This document shows positions 52,635 to 64,000 of a DNA stretch of 64,000 bases, one piece after another. The position numbers and the translations under genes are program-made. Position 1 is the first letter of the stretch, and every line of letters begins with the position of its first letter. The stretch is from Callorhinchus milii (lineage: Eukaryota): NCBI RefSeq assembly GCF_018977255.1, contig NW_024704750.1:10168001-10232000 (forward strand), in the 5' to 3' direction. The notes beneath the pieces are model-generated. The model had not been told where the DNA came from, did not search any database, and saw nothing but the letters and a program-made list of their open reading frames with translations.

Positions 52635-55600
52635 ATATCCTTTCATTGGGAGAGTCAATCTCACTGATAAACAGATGACACCACTGGAGTGTAATGAAAC
52701 CATCTGGATGGTAAAGCACAAATGTTAAACAGACCAGGATCGCTTTGTCCGCAGAAGAAGCTGCTTTTTAATTCATGATTGCTCAGTTTGGTTTTTCAGA
52801 GGTGAAATCCAAGGCTGGCATTGAATTGCCCTGTTCTTGTCAAAGAAAAAAAGCAAACTTAAATTAATTTTAAAAAATGAACACAGCACAAAACAAGTTA
52901 TACGGCAGTTATATTTATTTGGGGTGTATTTTACTCATGACATTTTCACATGCAAAACCAGGATGAATACATCTTAAATGAAACAAGCATTTGTGTTTTG
53001 GCTGAAAATATGTTTTTAATGTGTACCCTTTCTTATGATAAATATGCTTATGAGGAGCTAATTGATATCCCTGCATTATTAAGAATTTTTTTTACATATT
53101 TTTGTGATTTAACTAAAGTACTAAATCTCTCAGAAAAATATAGGTCATTCATTTCATGGCTTTGTGCAAATTGGCTGCTGCATTTGTCTACAAACAGTTA
53201 GTGCACTCGATAGTAAATTTTGTGAAGTGCTTCAAACTGTTTTCGAGATGACTATATGATAATGCACTCTATCAAATGTTAGGAGTATTATTACTGAGTA
53301 AACAATGTTCCAATATGACTGTTTCATGAAGAACAGATAAATCAAATATTGTGCTATTGGATCTGGTTAAATTCATTCTGTTCTGTGAAATATGGTTGAT
53401 TTTAATTTACTATGAATTCTATCAAATGTGCACAAAGGATTAGAGCTCCTCATTTTTATGTGCTAATCCATTAATTGCCTAGAGTAATGTATCAATTTAA
53501 GATGTCATCACTCGCGAAGCAGACAGTCTACTAAATGCAAACATTATTTTATATAGGCTAGGTAATACAATCTTAAGGGGGGGGTGAAAGAACAGAGAGA
53601 CCTGGGGGTTCAGGTAAATTAATCCTTGAAGGGGCAGGACAGGTAGATAAGGCTGTAAAAAGGGCATAGGGGATACTAGGCTTTATAAACAGGGGCATAG
53701 AGTACAAGAGTCAGGAGGTTATGATTAACCTATATAAAACACTGATTAGGCGTCAGTTAAAATACTGCGCCCAGTTCTGGGCACCACACTATAGGAAGGA
53801 TGTTAAGGCACTGGAAAGGGTGCAGAGGAGATTTACAAGAATGGTACCAGGAATGAGGGACCTCGATTATGAGGGAAGGCTAGAGAGGCTGGGATTATTC
53901 TCATTGGAGCAGAGAAGGTTACGAGGAGACCTAATAGAGGTCTTCAAAATCATGAGGGGTTTGATAGGTTAGAAAGAGAAAAACTGTTTCCACTGGTGGG
54001 TGTTTCGGTGACTCGAGGTCACAGATTTAAAATAGTATCTAAAAGAAGCAGAGGGGAGGTGAGAAGAAATTTTTCATGCAGCGAGTTGTTCGAATCTGGA
54101 ACGCATTGCCTGAAAGGGTGGTCGAGGCCAATTCAATAACTAATTTTAAAAACGCAGTGGATGGGTATTTGACGAGGACGGGTTTGCAGGGTTATGGGGA
54201 AAGGGCTGGGGAGTGGGATTGACATTACATTGCTCTTTTCAAAGAGCTGGCACAGACTCGATGGGCCGAATGGCCTCTTTTTGTGCTGTACGATTCTATG
54301 ATTCTATTATATTATTGCACCCCTCCATGATATCTTTTTATTGCAAACGAAACAGCAACTTTTAAGACATTTTCTTTTGCTTGATATGATCGGGTGTGAA
54401 TAAAACTGGAGAAATAGAAGTATTAGACAGATTCATTAATATAGGCATTACTGGGGAAGCACAATAGTTTTTATGAAGTCTGCAGTGAAAATCACGATAG
54501 TTTTTATGTAGTCTTCAGTGTAAATCATGCATATTTAATCCAAACTACATATTCCTTGGGTGCCAAGGTAAGAATGTCAAACAACTTGGATATCCTCCTG
54601 ACATGAATTAAATGTAAATTCGTACTCTATATAGACCCACAAGCACGCACATACGATTCAAAATGGCCTACAATTACTTTACAAAGTATCAATTTATCAT
54701 ATGGTAACTTATTCGATATTTTCTCAAGCTTCAAAATAAAAAACACACACTTTGTACCTCGGCAGATCAAACACCTGTTGTAAAACTACTTAGATAGAAA
54801 TAATGAAAGCATGTTCTCAAGCATAAGTTTCAATGCAAGCAGAGACTAATAATGCAATGCAAGGCTTGACGTAAATCTTAAAGCTAAATTCTAATTAATA
54901 ACTTTCTCACATATGGATAACCATATTCACATTAGGATAACCTCTCCGAGAGTTTCACAGTGAGAGGGGTTGAATGTTGAGCGAGGGAAAGGAGGGAGAG
55001 TGGTCCTTAGGCACGGTCAGAGTGCTAGGTTTTTAGTGGAGGTTAAATACAGATAGAGAGGGGATAAAGGGAGGGAGTTCCAGACGTTAGGGGTTTAGTA
55101 GTTGATGATTTGGCCACCAATAGCAGCGTAGAGGGGTCAGGGGATGTGCAACATGCTTGAGTTAGCCAAGTGGAGGTAAGCAAAGCAGTGGGGTTGGAGG
55201 AGACCACAGAGATAGGGTGGTGCTAGGGTATGAAGGGTGTCAATTCAATTTGCTCGGTGGCTAAATGCTAAAAGGTGTGTTCTAAGTTATTGCAACACTG
55301 GCGTGTAGCTTATTTCCTGCCCAAAGATTAAGGGGGAAGTGGCAGACTCAACCCTGCAGCAGAACAACAACAAATCATCAAAGCTTGAACAGCAGAGCTA
55401 ATATGACTAATTACAAAATTGATCCCCAATACCAATAAATAGAATCCACTTTAGTCCTTATGAATCATAAATGCCATTGGAACAATTCGCTTTAATCATA
55501 GATAAAAGCTGTGACCTGGTAAAGTATTGATTTTTTTAAAAATCATTTCATTTTTCTGCTTGTATATACATTTTGATGGCTATTGGAAGTGTGAAATTGT

Positions 55601-55853
55601 AATTTAGGAAACTTCCATCAGTCCTAGAGGATGAGCTGAAGTTTATCTTCTAGGATCTAGATCACTAGATGACATGTTTAAGACCCTACATAGCCATGAT
55701 GGAATCTTAAAAACTCTCCTTTTCCAGCAGTGGGCTGCACAGAGGAAAAAACATGAGCGTTGCCAATCGAGCTGGTCTCAATAAAAGTGAGGCACAATTT
55801 AAACTGTGATTTGTGGATGTTTCAGATTTGACGTTTTCTTAACTGTGACCTAC
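52635..55853 (+). other. RASGRP1: U12-type (minor spliceosome) AT-AC intron of RASGRP1
   Basis: 5' site ATATCCTTT at 52635, branch site TTTTCTTAAC 55834-55843, 3' end TAC at 55851-55853. Joining CT|A restores the frame (ITL-YQSAL). Confidence 0.93.
53560..54307 (+). mobile_element. CR1 LINE, 5'-truncated (ORF2 C-terminus plus 3' UTR), with stops and frameshifts
   Basis: ORF 53721-53972 LYKTLIR..YCAQFWAPHYRKDVKALERVQRRFTRM..LGLFSLEQRRLRGDLIEVFKI; terminal GATTCTATGATTCTAT octamer repeat typical of CR1. Confidence 0.93.
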
Positions 55854-55916
55854 ATATCAGAGTGCTTTACAAGACAACAGTGCACCATCCTGCTTGAAGA
55901 TCTGTTACTTTATAAG
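55854..55916 (+). CDS. RASGRP1: RASGRP1 exon 4: YQSALQDNSAPSCLKICYFIR
   Basis: 63 nt after the AC acceptor, AAG|GTAAGG donor. Matches [21 protein letters not shown]. Confidence 0.93.
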
Positions 55917-56565
55917 GTAAGGCTTTTCCTGGAAATAGCAACCAAATGTGTGACAAGACAAAAACAGATCGACTTCCTGCAGCTGCGCAGGTCATTCTGT
56001 GTTTCAATTTGAAACAAAACTTGGTTCAAGTTTTTGCATGGAACACATAAAAAGTATCTAATTGTGCACACTGAATGTTTTCTTCAATCGCAAATGAACA
56101 CGATTTATGCTACTTGGTATGGCCCAGTGTAGTGCTGTTAATTCATGAAACATAGATTTTTTTTAGTACAGAAGGAGTTGCCAAGAAGGGTGGTTGAAGC
56201 CAGGACACTGGATTTATTTAAAAACAAAGCTGGATGACGCTGTGGTAAGAGGACTGTAGGGCAAGTGTTCTAGAAAGATAAGGTTGGATTTCGTCATCCA
56301 AACGTTCTTGTATTCTTGTTAGACCACTTGCCCACTGTGCCTTTATAAAAGAGCTATCCATTTATATTTTATCTTAAAAAAGCTGTATAAATGCAAGTTG
56401 TTGCTCAACTTTCTTTTTAAAAGAATCAGCAGATTGAACAGTGATTGATGTTGATGTGGCTGCTTGGAATGCATAATGTGAATGTTATAGCAGCCTTTAT
56501 AGTGTTGACATATCCAAATAGTGTTCAGTGCTTTGTATAGGTTTACAGTGGGGGCCAAAATGGAA

Positions 56566-57835
56566 ACAACACAACAAAATTACATTTATGGACCGCCTTT
56601 CACGTCGGGAGGACGTCCCAAGGCGCTGGACAGTCAGGGGTCAGGACCTGAGCATGGGGGAGGGGTGGGGTAGGGGTGAGGGAAGGCAGAGATGTGGGAA
56701 GGCAACTGAAGGCACAATCGAAGAGGAGGGTCTTGAGACTGGCCTTGAAGGAGGCAATGGAGGAAGTGAGGCGACGTGATGGAGTTCCAGAGGGTGGAGA
56801 CAGAGAGGCTGAAAGCCTAGCCACCGATGGTAGGGTGGGTCGGGCGGGGGACATGGAGCAGGCCAGAGCCCACTGAATGGAGGGCAGGTTGGTAGGGAGT
56901 CAGCAGGTCAGAGAGTTAGGAGGGGGCAAGGCCATGGATGGCCTTGAAAGTGAAGACGAGGATCTTGAATTCAATCCTCTGAGGGATGCGGAGCCAGTGG
57001 AGTTGGGCGAGGGTGGGAGTGATGGGGTCACGGAGCCTGGTGAGCGAGAGAACGTGAGCTGCAGAGTTTTGGATGATCTGCAGCTTTTGAAGGGAAGAGC
57101 TGGGAAGGCTGACGAGAGGGGAGTTTCCATAATTGAGCCTTGATGTGATGAATGCGTGGGTGAGGGTTTCGGCAGCCTGAGGGGTGAGGCAGTGGCGGAG
57201 TCTGGCAATGTTGCGGAGGTGGTGGTGGGCAGTGCCGGTCATGGCGTGGATGTGGAGGGAGAAAGTAACAGTTCAGGGTCGAACAAGATACCCAGGTTCC
57301 TGACTGGCTTAGTGAGGTTGAGTGTGCAGCCGTGGAGGCTGATGCTGCCAGCGCCTGAGGTGCGGAGGCGCTGGCCGGAGCCAATCAGGAGGGCCTCGGT
57401 CTTGCTGACGTTAAGTTGGAGAAAGTTGGCCCTCGTCCAGGACTTGATGTCGGACAGGCAGTCGGTCAGGACGCCAGTAATCCTGGAGTTGAGGGTGGAG
57501 GTAGAGAAATAGAGGTGGGTGTCATCCGCATACATGTGGAAATTTACCCTATGTCTGTGAATGATGTCACCAAGCGAGAGCATGTAGAGGGTGAAGAGGA
57601 GGGGACCGAGGACAGAGCCCTGAGGAATGCTGCGTGAGACAGTGCAGGGGCTGGAGGAGAAGCCGCTTGTAGAGACGAGTGGAGGAGGTGTGAAAGGTAG
57701 AACCTGAACCAGTCAAGGACAGAACCTTGAAGATTGAGGTTGGAGAAGAGGTGGTGGAGGAGGATTGAGTGGTCCACAGTATCAAAGGCGGCGGATAAGA
57801 CGAAGAAGCAGAGAGCGCCCTGGTCACACATGGTC
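56566..57835 (-). mobile_element. L2-clade LINE, 5'-truncated, frameshifted reverse transcriptase remnant
   Basis: ORF pieces [14 protein letters not shown] (57544-57837), [19 protein letters not shown] (57239-57583), HLRNIARLR..SRLNYGN..LHWL..RIEFKIL (56916-57242), SFKASLKTLLF (56600-56854); (CAA)n-like tail. Confidence 0.94.
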
Positions 57836-57907
57836 ATTTGCCTACCATTTGCCTATTTGCCTATTTATCAATACACTTGTTGGTATATCCTGTGAGCACT
57901 TTTGTGA

Positions 57908-58250
57908 CAACAACAACAACAACAAGATTCCATTTATAAAGCGCCTTTCACGTCAGGAGGACGTCCCAAGGCGCTGCACAGTTGGGTCATGACCCGAGCA
58001 GGGGGGAAATGGTCAGGGTGAGGGGAGGGAGCGAGGAGGGGGGAAATGGTCAGGGTGAGGGGAGGGTTGGGAGGGAGCGAGAAGGGGGAAGAGAGTCAAG
58101 AGGGGAGCTGAAGGCACGGTCAAAGAGAAAGGTTTTGAGACCGGCCTTGAAGGAGGAAAGGGAGGAAGCAAGGCGAAGGCACTGGGGGATAGAGTTCCAG
58201 AGCCTCGGGGCTGAGAGGCTGAAGGCCCGACCACCAATGGTAGGGACAAC
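57908..58250 (-). mobile_element. L2 LINE 3' fragment (second copy)
   Basis: ORF 58050-58277 GGRAFSLSAPRLWNSIP..SFKAGLKTFLF; (CAA)n tail at 57908-57924. Confidence 0.88.
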
Positions 58251-58425
58251 ATCCCGATGTGAAAGGTGCTGTATCAAATGCAGGAATTATTATTTTGTCT
58301 TCAGGTAACTTTGTATAAATAATAATAATAATAATAATATAAATAATCCTTGCATTTGATATAGCGCTTTTCACGTCGGGAGGACGTCCCAAAGCGCTTT
58401 TGTGAAAGGCGCTTTATAAATATGT
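58250..58425. mobile_element. Three SINE/L2 tail fragments in alternating orientation
   Basis: + tail 58250-58293, - tail 58318-58400, + tail remnant 58401-58422. Confidence 0.75.
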
Positions 58426-59225
58426 TTCTATTGTGGGCAGTTGGTGGCAGACCTTGATTGTATTCCCAGCAAATGACAATGTGATGTAGCAAACGGAAAT
58501 TATCTGGAAAATCTCACCTGTTGAGCTAGAACATGATCTGCACAGACTTTGAACCACACCCTTGTCTGTTCCAAGTAACCACATGCATAAGAGCAGTGAC
58601 AGATAACATCTGCCTGTAATGCTGGATTGAAATTCTACTTAATGTTTCAATTATGCTGCACCTTTTGTGACATTTGAGTTTGATTTTCACAAACTCATAG
58701 AGAATAATCCAGTATAGATCAGGTTTGAGGTACACATAATCACCATGCTATGTGCAATGGAATCAAGATTGCCATGTCCATTTTGAAGCTATAATTTACA
58801 ACAGTGATCCTTACATTTGGTACATCAGGAGAATGTTTCAAAGCGCTTCACAAGATATACAGTAAAATGGACTGACTGTAACCATGGGTGGGTTTTATCT
58901 TAAAACCATGGGTGGGTTGTCTGTAAAGATGAAATGAAACGGGCTTCAAAAGTCTCTTGTGACACTGTTTTGGCAAAAGATAAAATGATTGACAAGCACT
59001 GTTTGAGGAGATGACTGTGTTAAAAACTTAAACATTTCAATATGGAATCGGGGACTTTTAGTTTGATCGCAAAATCAGTTTCAACCTTGCCATTTCGTTG
59101 GGGAGGCTTTGGAAGGCAGGTAAGGAAAGAAATAGTCAGTACACCTTAATGAGTGGACACAATGTTCCAAAATAAATGGGCCACTGTTGAACTGAGAGTT
59201 GATTTCACTGTTTCTGTATTGCCAG

Positions 59226-59357
59226 GTACTGGATAACGGAGTTTTGGATTATGTTTAAAATGGACAACAGTTTGTCAGAAGCTATGGAACAATTTCAACA
59301 ACTGGTGAGAGAGAATGGTGAAGAGTGCCACTCCCGCTTTATCGACACCTCACAACT
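59226..59357 (+). CDS. RASGRP1: RASGRP1 exon 5: [44 protein letters not shown]
   Basis: GCCAG acceptor, CT|GTAAGA donor, 132 nt. The YWITEFW.MFKMD motif is RASGRP1-like rather than RASGRP2/3/4-like. Confidence 0.95.
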
Positions 59358-59921
59358 GTAAGAGAAACCCACTTTCTATTCTCCCCAAAAAACAGTTCTA
59401 CCTATTCACATCTGATGTACAGTGTTAGGCTTTGACGCTCAGGAAAGGAGAGATGAGAATAAGGGACAGAAATTCAAGTTTTTTTTCAGATAAAGTCACT
59501 TTAAAAGCCTCAGCCTCATTTAGGCAGCAGATACAGTGTGGGCAAAGAGGGAGTGTGGACATGTGTAAAGGGTTGGAGTTTGTAAAAAGGTTCAGATGAC
59601 AACAAAAAGATATGAAAACCTCTGAACCCTTATAGCCCACAATTTGTGCCAGCAATGAATCATACTTACTTGTAATAGACAGTGGTCAGGCTGGTTTAAT
59701 TCTTCTAAGGCTTCTTATATTGTGACTGTGAGGTCAATCACCTTCCACTATAAGGGTGCTGGAGATAACGATGACGGTAAGTCTGAAGGCGCATGAGCTC
59801 AGGAAACTACACAGACACTATTACCCAGTGATATTATCAATTGTTTATGGTGTTCAGTCTGACGAGGGTAATATTTTTAAGAATGGATTTGTAAAGGGTT
59901 CACTGCGTTTCTCCCCCACAG

Positions 59922-60075
59922 TAATGCCCACGACTGGTCGAGGAAGCTCACTCAGAGGATAAAACCGAACAGCAGTAAGAAGCGTAAAGTTTCCCTCCTG
60001 TTTGACCACCTGGAGCCAGGGGAGCTGGCCGAGCACCTCAGCTACCTCGAGTTCAAGTCCTTCCGCAGGATTTCA
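59922..60075 (+). CDS. RASGRP1: RASGRP1 exon 6: [51 protein letters not shown]
   Basis: CCCACAG acceptor, TCA|GTAAGT donor, 154 nt. DWSRKLTQR and the start of the CDC25 domain are conserved. Confidence 0.96.
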
Positions 60076-61002
60076 GTAAGTGCACTTTACATCACCTCAC
60101 ATACCATTATATCAGACTCTCAGGGAGAAGATGCTGGGATCAGCTATGCCATTGAAACAACAATGGGGTTTTCAGGCCTGACATTCCACCTTCTCCTAGC
60201 CTGGAAGATTATTTTGTCTTAATATTTAGGATCATGTAGGCTTGTGAAAGATTCTTAAATTCAGCCTTAATTTGGAAACTGGTTGTTTTTAACGACTGCA
60301 ATAAACTATCCTCCAAATTCTGACAAAATTTAAGAACTTGCAAGTATTCAGGCTAAGACTAGGTGGAATTTCGAATCAACCAAATCTGATGATTTCAAAT
60401 GATGACTTCTTGATAAGGGATCCTAAGGGTTCAAATAGGGTTTGCTGTAGAGGTAATTGGAAGTGTGTCATGCTAGCTCATCTCTCAGAATGGATTAGGT
60501 CTCATTTTGGTATCTGAAGAGTATCCAACCCAAACCAAGTGTCATGCTCTGCACTCGCAGTTAAATGATACTATTCCGACATTCTGACAGCTATTGTTTG
60601 GAGAAATTGGTCAAATCAAAGTTACCTTCATCAAATATTACAATAATTACATTGTTCCCGGCCAATCATACAACTCTTTTCACCTCAATACCCCTCATTC
60701 CCACGCCTATATTTGATGAATTTCCATTATTTTTAATGTGAATCAACAGCAATTTGAGATTTCAAGTGGCATTGTTGTTTAAGAGGTACTTCACAGTGCT
60801 TGGCAACACTGTGCATCTACTGATGTCTCAAGTGGATAACAGCATCAGGATGCCTCGTGCATTGTAAAGAATATACATTCCAAAAATCCAAAGAACAGAA
60901 TTCTATTATCCTGAGCATGTCCGCTTCTGATGCCCTGAAATAGATGCATTATTCATTAGCTTAAAGTGTTGTGTTTATGCTGCCTCACAGTGTGCAATGA
61001 GG

Positions 61003-61309
61003 GCTTCACAGAATACACTGTAAAGTGAATTGACTGTATATTTTGTGGGCAAAACGCAGCAGCCAATTGCACACAGCAGTGTCCCACAAACAGTCGTGGA
61101 TTGAGTGACCAATCTATATATTTTTTAAGGAATTATTACCCCCGGAAAAGTGATCCGCCAATCGACTAACAACTGGGTTCCTACTTACTACTAGTTAAAC
61201 AGAGGCGTGTGAAGTAAAGAAACTTGCGCAAAGTTTCAACCTACTGGGAATCGAACCCGGGTCTCTCGCTTGCGAGGCGAGCGCTCTAACTACTGAGCTA
61301 GAGGACTCC
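61003..61309 (-). mobile_element. Long-form SINE lacking its tail; a + strand tail follows at 61318-61350
   Basis: Reverse-complement body and intact head ending GAGGACTCC. Confidence 0.88.
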
Positions 61310-61430
61310 ATGGGACTGCTATATCAAAAGCAAAGATTATTTTATTGTTAAATCAAAGCATTTTGCTTGAGATGCACACCAATTGGAAATGCTGGTCTGC
61401 AGAATGCATTGCTTACTATGTTTTGTCCAG

Positions 61431-61604
61431 TTTTCAGATTATCAGAACTACATCATGAGCAGCTGTGTAAAGGACAACCCCACAATGGAGCGTTCAGTTG
61501 CTTTGTGTAATGGTATCTCACAATGGGTTCAGCTCATGGTTCTCAGCAGACCTACCCCACAGCTTCGTGCAGAGGTCTTCACCAAGTTTATTCTCGTCGC
61601 CCAG
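61431..61604 (+). CDS. RASGRP1: RASGRP1 exon 7 (CDC25 GEF domain): [58 protein letters not shown]
   Basis: GTCCAG acceptor, CAG|GTATGG donor, 174 nt, visible within ORF 61383-61616. Confidence 0.97.
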
Positions 61605-62668
61605 GTATGGGTTTGAAACGTTTTCTTACTTTAGGCTGTCACGTTAACCTTTTGGTCAAATTAGTAATTACTGGTATCTTGCACCAAAAATAATCACAGC
61701 ATGTTGTGAATATACAGTAGATTATTGTTGACATTGTTTTTCATGATACAAAATAAAAAATGCAATACACCCGTCATTTTTTATTGTCTGTTCCCAAGAT
61801 ATATGTTATAGTGGAGACTTTCCGAATTGAACTTTTCAGTGTTATGAAAAGGATAGCAAGGTTGATATGGACAAATTATTCACTACAGTGAAGGGTTTAA
61901 ATGCCACGGTACAGATAAAAAATAGCAAGTAAGGTGCAAATCCAAGTGGAACTTTAATACAAAGGGTCACATACAAATACACAATTAATATACTTCCCAG
62001 AAAAACTCTGAAGTACTTTAAGATATTCGGCAGTATATCAAACATAAGATTTTTTAAAAATGGATACGCAAGTTGCAGCAAATAATATAAATGGGTTAAA
62101 GAACAAACTAGGTGAGAAAAAACATATGGAATTGAGAATCAAACAGTGGAAACACTCATTGGACCTAAAAGGCTTTTTTTTCCCCCTGTTGTTAAACAAT
62201 TTATGTTCTTATGATAGGTTTGACAGAAAGTCAGAAAAATCTGGAATGCAAAATGATTTCATTCAGTTGCATTCTTGAGTGCCCGAGGCAGTGAGAAGCT
62301 AACTTGCCATACCAGCGGAATTCATTTAGTAGCATGTGAAGCAATCATTTTTCATGTAAATGCCAATATGTTATGTCTGAACACTTGCATCAATTTTGAA
62401 ATCCAGAACCATGACTAGGAATTATAAGTATAGGTGTGAGAACACAACACATGATGCAAAACACTCTGAATAACACTGAAAAGTTCAATTCGGAAAGTCT
62501 CCACGATAACAAAAGATTACAAGTTTTAAACAAATTCTGCAATGCTGTTGTAACTCAGGTTGGAGGTGTTAATTATGGTGTGTGGTGCAGTCAATGTAAA
62601 TCATTCCTTGTAAATTATCCTGGTTTCACTGATTCAACATTCTAACGTTCATCTCCTATCCCTCACAG

Positions 62669-62785
62669 AAACTCCAGCAGCTGCAGAACTTTAATACACT
62701 AATGGCAGTGGTGGGAGGTTTGTGTCACAGCTCAATCTCCAGACTCAAAGAAACAAGCGCATGTGTCCCTCATGAAGTTAATAAG
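62669..62785 (+). CDS. RASGRP1: RASGRP1 exon 8 (CDC25 GEF domain): [39 protein letters not shown]
   Basis: CTCACAG acceptor, AAG|GTCAGT donor, 117 nt. Contains the RasGEF signature [18 protein letters not shown]. Confidence 0.97.
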
Positions 62786-64000
62786 GTCAGTACCTTTCTA
62801 CAGCATCTATCGTCCTTTATGCAGGCCCTTTTTCATGGTGGCTGAGGCACGGCAAGGTCATTTACAGTACATAAAACTGAATTTGGGACACATGATCCAA
62901 CCCAAAAGTATTGTTCCCATGTAAACATGTCACTTTAAATGAAAGTCACTCACTATGAGCTGTGGTATAAAGAGACATTTCCTGGGTCAGTCAACACCGC
63001 ATGAAGGAATTGAAGTTCACAGGCTCTGGGCTGGGACTGGGGAACCTCATAAGCTACCAATCAATTGGGAATCAATAAAAAGCAACAAGTAGCAACTCTT
63101 CCAGAAAATCAATTTGTAATGATTGAAATGTGTGGGTTGAGGTGCATCTATTAGTTGCAGCACAAAGAGTGTAAACGGGTACTAAATGACATTACTGAGT
63201 AGGCGGACTGTGTTTATGTTCTTCCCCTTTATATCTGTGCATATATTCTAGCAAAATTAGTTAGCAAAATCCCCAGACCAAATATACTCCTTGTGAAAAT
63301 GACACCTTAGTTAAGATTAGAATAGTTCCATTAAGTGTCATCTATTGTTTTCATCTTTTACATCCGATTTACACCAAAAGATTAAAATATGGGACTACAG
63401 ACAGACAGATAAACACTATTAAAAGGAAAATTTTGGGATTACATTTAATGTCGATTCAGATTGAATTTGCTCACTCTGGTAATTTATATTCTTACTTCTC
63501 TGAAGCACTGTATCAAGTGGTAGTACTTTGTTCTTAAAATAATATTTTAGTGTAACTATTACCACTAATGTTACCAGTAACAAATCTGCAGGAATCTAGA
63601 ATAAGATTAAGTTCAAAGTCACACATTTGTAATCTTGTTATCAGCCAACAACGAGAAGAGATTTCACGCCATCTCCCTGCTTCTGTGGTGAAAGAACAGT
63701 GCGGCAGCTAATTACTGTTTCATTGCCAGAAGTCTGTGGGCAAAGCATTGTTGGGCAGCGGCAGTTCAAATTAGATTCTCAAGAATAATCACTCAATAAT
63801 AAATTAGAGAACAATTATAATCATTGCATTGGAGCTGGTTTTGGTTTAAACTGGCCTTGAGAGATCAGATGTTTGCTTTGACTAAGCATTGAAGCAATTG
63901 GTCCAAATTTGAACACCTGCATTTGAGAAGAAAGTGACTTAAATTCATAGAGTTTTTGAGAACGTTTAGTAAGAAAAACAAGCTGCTTCCTCCAGATAGA

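Noticed and set aside
55854-55860. AG at 55859-55860 as a conventional acceptor for exon 4
   Set aside because: There is no GT donor at the end of exon 3. The AT-AC solution has full U12 signals and preserves the protein alignment without gaps.
36737-62785. Assignment to RASGRP2, RASGRP3 or RASGRP4
   Set aside because: [39 protein letters not shown] and VPHE.NK match RASGRP1 better than the paralogues as I recall them; a phylogeny would confirm.

Overview
Vertebrate genomic DNA, most likely a cartilaginous fish (inferred from the DeuSINE/SacSINE-like, L2 and CR1 repeat content). It is not prokaryotic. The + strand carries the 5' half of RASGRP1 (Ras guanyl-releasing protein 1): seven phase-compatible coding exons (36737-62785) encoding the REM domain and the start of the CDC25 GEF domain, with the gene continuing past the window. 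The intron between the 106-nt and 63-nt exons (52635-55853) is a minor-spliceosome U12-type AT-AC intron. No exon resembling the short mammalian first coding exon was found. A phase-compatible candidate exon (10502-10641) lies next to a dense lymphoid-type motif cluster, and a second strong donor lies at 36445. The window opens with a CpG-rich promoter-like segment followed by a minisatellite and a compound microsatellite. The rest is AT-rich non-coding DNA with many copies of a tRNA-Ala-headed SINE in long and short forms, older Deu-type SINEs, and L2 and CR1 LINE fragments. The SINE tail matches the L2 3' end. Almost all ORF-track entries are spurious or repeat-derived. I see no clear evidence of a wholly new biological system; the best leads are listed as findings.
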